From NCBI RefSeq assembly GCF_009914755.1, contig NC_060939.1: DNA of 64,000 nucleotides; one strand, 5' to 3'. The position numbers were made by a program, and so were the translations under genes. The stretch's first letter is position 1. Every line of letters starts with the position of its first letter. The stretch is from the human T2T-CHM13v2.0 reference genome, Homo sapiens. Of the stretch, positions 59,925 to 64,000 are shown in pieces. The notes under the pieces were generated by a model, which did no database searches, had not been told where the DNA came from, and saw only the letters and a program-made list of their open reading frames with translations.

Positions 59925-61822
59925 CTTTCCAAGTATTATTGTAGAATGATTTCTCCCTTCAATTCTGTCAGTTTTTTGCTTCGTATTTTTGACAGCCTTT
60001 TATTAGGTGTGTTAATGTTTGTAATATTTATATAGTCTTATAGTATTAAAACTTTTATTAATATATAATGTCCCTTTCTATTAATATATAATCTCTCTTG
60101 TCATCCTTTTTAATTGAAAATCTATTTTGCCTGATATTAATATAGCCACTTCTGCTCTTCCTTGGTTACTATTTGAATAGAATATCTTTTTGCATCCTTT
60201 CCATTTCAATCTATTTGTGTCTTTGGATCTAAAATGTGTCTTTTGTAGATAGCATATAGTTTAAATATGGATTTAAAAATATCCATTCTGCCAATCTCTG
60301 TCTTTCAATTAGAGGATTTAATCCACTTACATTTAAATTAATTACTGATAAGGAGGGACTTACTTTTTTCATTTTGCTATTTGTTTTCTTTATGCCTAAT
60401 AGCTTTTTTGCCCCTGATTTCTTGTATTACTATCTTCTTTTGTGTTCAGTTGATTTTTTTTTTTTTGTAGTGGAACATTTAAGTCTCTCATTTCTCTTTG
60501 TATATAATCTATAGCTGTTTTCTTTGTGGTTACCATGGGGATTACATTTCACATCCTAAAGTTATAACACTCTAATTTGAATTTCTATCAGCTTAACTTC
60601 ATTAACATATAAAATCTCTTTAATAGCTTCTTAACATTTCTATCCCTACCCTTTTCAATTGTTGATGTCTCAAAATTATATCTGTATACATTGTGTGCCC
60701 CAAATCACAAACTGATAATTTAAAAAATGCATTAGTTTCTTAAATTATGTAAAACATAAAATCTTGAGTTATGAACCAATTACAATAATATGTGCTTTTA
60801 CACTAATATTTTTAAAAAGAATAGTCTCTTAAATCCTGTAGAACACAAAAACGTAGAGTTACAAACCATTGTTGTAACAATACTTGATTTTATAATTGCC
60901 TGTGTATTTTTATTTAAATCTTTATTTCTTCATATGTATTTGAGTTACTATCTAGTATTCTTTCATTTTACCCTGCATGCCTCCCTTGAGCATTTCTTAT
61001 GGGGTGGGTTTAGTGGTAATTAACTTTGTTAGCTTTTGTTTATCTGAGAACATCTTAATTTCTCCCTCACTTTTAAATGATAGTTTTGCTAGATATAGAA
61101 TTCTTGGTTGACAGGTTTTTTTTTTTCTTTCTTCCTTTTAGCCCTTCATGTATCAGCCCACTGCCTCCAAGTTTCTGGTGAGAAATCTGCTGATAGTTTT
61201 ATTCAAGATCCCCAGCATATGATAAGTCACTTCTTTCTTGCTGCTCTCAAAATTTTTTCTGTTACTTTGGCTTTTGAAATTTTGATTATAATGTCTCTCA
61301 ATGTGGGACTCTTTGAGTTCATCTTATTTGGTTTTTATTGAGCTTCCTGGATATTTATACTTTTGTCTTTCATCAAATTTGGAAAAATTATTATTCCATT
61401 ATTTCTTCAAGTTTCCCTCTCGTCTTTCTCTGTTTCTTCTCCTTCAGGAACTCCCACAATGTATATGTTGGTCTGCTTGATAGTGTCCTGCAGCTCCCTG
61501 AAGATTCGTTTACTTTTTTGCGATCTTTTTTGTTCTGCTTCTCAGACTCAATAATTTCCAATGTCCTATCTTCAAATTCACTAATTCCTTCTTTTGCCTA
61601 CTCAAATCTGGCTTTGAATTCTTTTAGTAAATTTTTCACTGCATTTCTTGTACTTTTCAGTGCCAGCATTTCTTTTGGGTTTCTTTTTAGAATTTCTGTC
61701 TCCATACAGATATTTCTATTTTGTTCATACATCATTTTCTTTACTTCCTACACATCTTCCTTTAGTTTTTTAAGGATCTTTAAGTTGTTTTAAAGTCTTT
61801 ATCTAGTACATCTGCCATTAGG

Positions 61823-62483
<661 letters not shown>

Positions 62484-63799
62484 GTTTTCATAAACAGCCT
62501 CAAACTGTTTTTGATCATTGTAGTCTTTGTGCCAAAGAACAGCCTGAGGTGTAAACTTAAGGTCTTCTTAGATCTTTTTTGAGCCTGTGCCTTTCTTTGG
62601 GCATGTATGGCCACTTTCTTACTTTCCCCATATATGCAATTGCTTTTGAATTACCTAGCATTTAATGTCTGGCTCCTAAAAAGGCAGGGTGGGGGTGCTG
62701 GGGTGGGGATTAGTACGGGCCCTTTAAAGAGGAGAGGGAAGTATGCAATCCCTTTAATTCTCTTGGCAGTCACTTTGGCCATAGGAGGAGGGGACTGCAA
62801 CAATGGCTGTGAAAGAGGAGGGGCTTGCATGGATTGAAGGAGGTGCAACAATAGCAGCCACACACCTCTTTGCACCTCTGTGATGAGAGGCAGCAATCAG
62901 CAACCAGAGCGTAGATTTACTGATATTTAGAGGACAGGGTACATTTTGCTCACCCTGGCTCCCACCACTATGTGCCATTGTTCCAGGAACACAATACAGC
63001 CAACTGCCACGGGGATGGTAGGGGGCTTGGGTAGCTACCGTACTAAAAGCTGAAATTGGCCAAAATTAAACACATTTATGTGGAAGGTGCGAGTCTTCAG
63101 TAGACTCCAGAGTTCCAAAATAGTTACATAAGACACATTCTGTCAGTGCAGTTGTCTCAGTGGGAGACAGAGTCAGTTCTTCCTGCTCCACCATCTTCCC
63201 AGAATCCTTCCCCACTTTATGCATCTTTATGTCCCCAAGTATAAACACAGTGCCAGGCACAGAGATGATACTCAGTGCACACTGTCGACTGACTGTAATA
63301 AGTGAACAAAGTATTGTGTTGGAGGGACTAGCTATCGCTCCTTAAAATAAAGGAAGCAGCTCTTATTTTATCCATTCAAAAAAATATCCTCTTCAACTCT
63401 GCAGTGTGAATGGGAGGGGTCTGGGAACCATGTCTACAGGCACTTTCACAAAACCATGCTCTCTAATGGCCAGGGAAGGGCACAGCCTCCTGGCTTCAAA
63501 GTTACCCATTGAGAAGCATAGTTTAACATAAGGCCATGCTTATAAACACAGCATTTACCCTGGGCTCATGTCTATGCTTCGCCTTCTTATGAAATGTGAT
63601 TACTAGCTAAAAAAATAAAAAATATTCCTGGTTGCTTGATACTGTGTGTCCAAAATGCTGATTCATTTGCTATGTTGAGAGCAAACAATTTCTCTAATTT
63701 TACCTCCAAAAGGAATTTCAGGACACAGAGGATCTGTATTTTCAAGTGCATCAGTTGATTATGGGCTCCCCCTGCCTCAGCCTGCCTCTTCTTATATAT

Positions 63800-64000
<201 letters not shown>

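Overview
Primate (human-like) nuclear DNA, intergenic or deep-intronic and dominated by interspersed repeats: about 25 Alus (J, S and Y types, many with readable target-site duplications), several L1s including a twin-primed L1PA and a near full-length ancient L1MB, MaLR LTRs (MLT1, MST, THE1), ERV1/ERVL LTRs including an LTR12F-like solo LTR, and Tigger/hAT DNA-transposon fossils. I found no credible protein-coding exon, RNA gene or CpG island; the supplied ORFs are repeat-derived or chance frames. I found no new gene system. The most unusual signals are structural scars: an ERV1 provirus flanked by a ~195-bp host duplication with an internal-LTR-internal layout (12.2-14.9 kb), a shuffled templated insertion beside it (12.0-12.2 kb), a ~200-bp dispersed duplication of unique sequence (31.3/33.3 kb), a tail-less L1 fragment in a triple-nested insertion (44.6-45.5 kb), and strong non-B-DNA motifs. 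Repeat subfamily names come from my recall of consensus sequences, not from a search; boundaries without a TSD are approximate and identities are estimated by eye.
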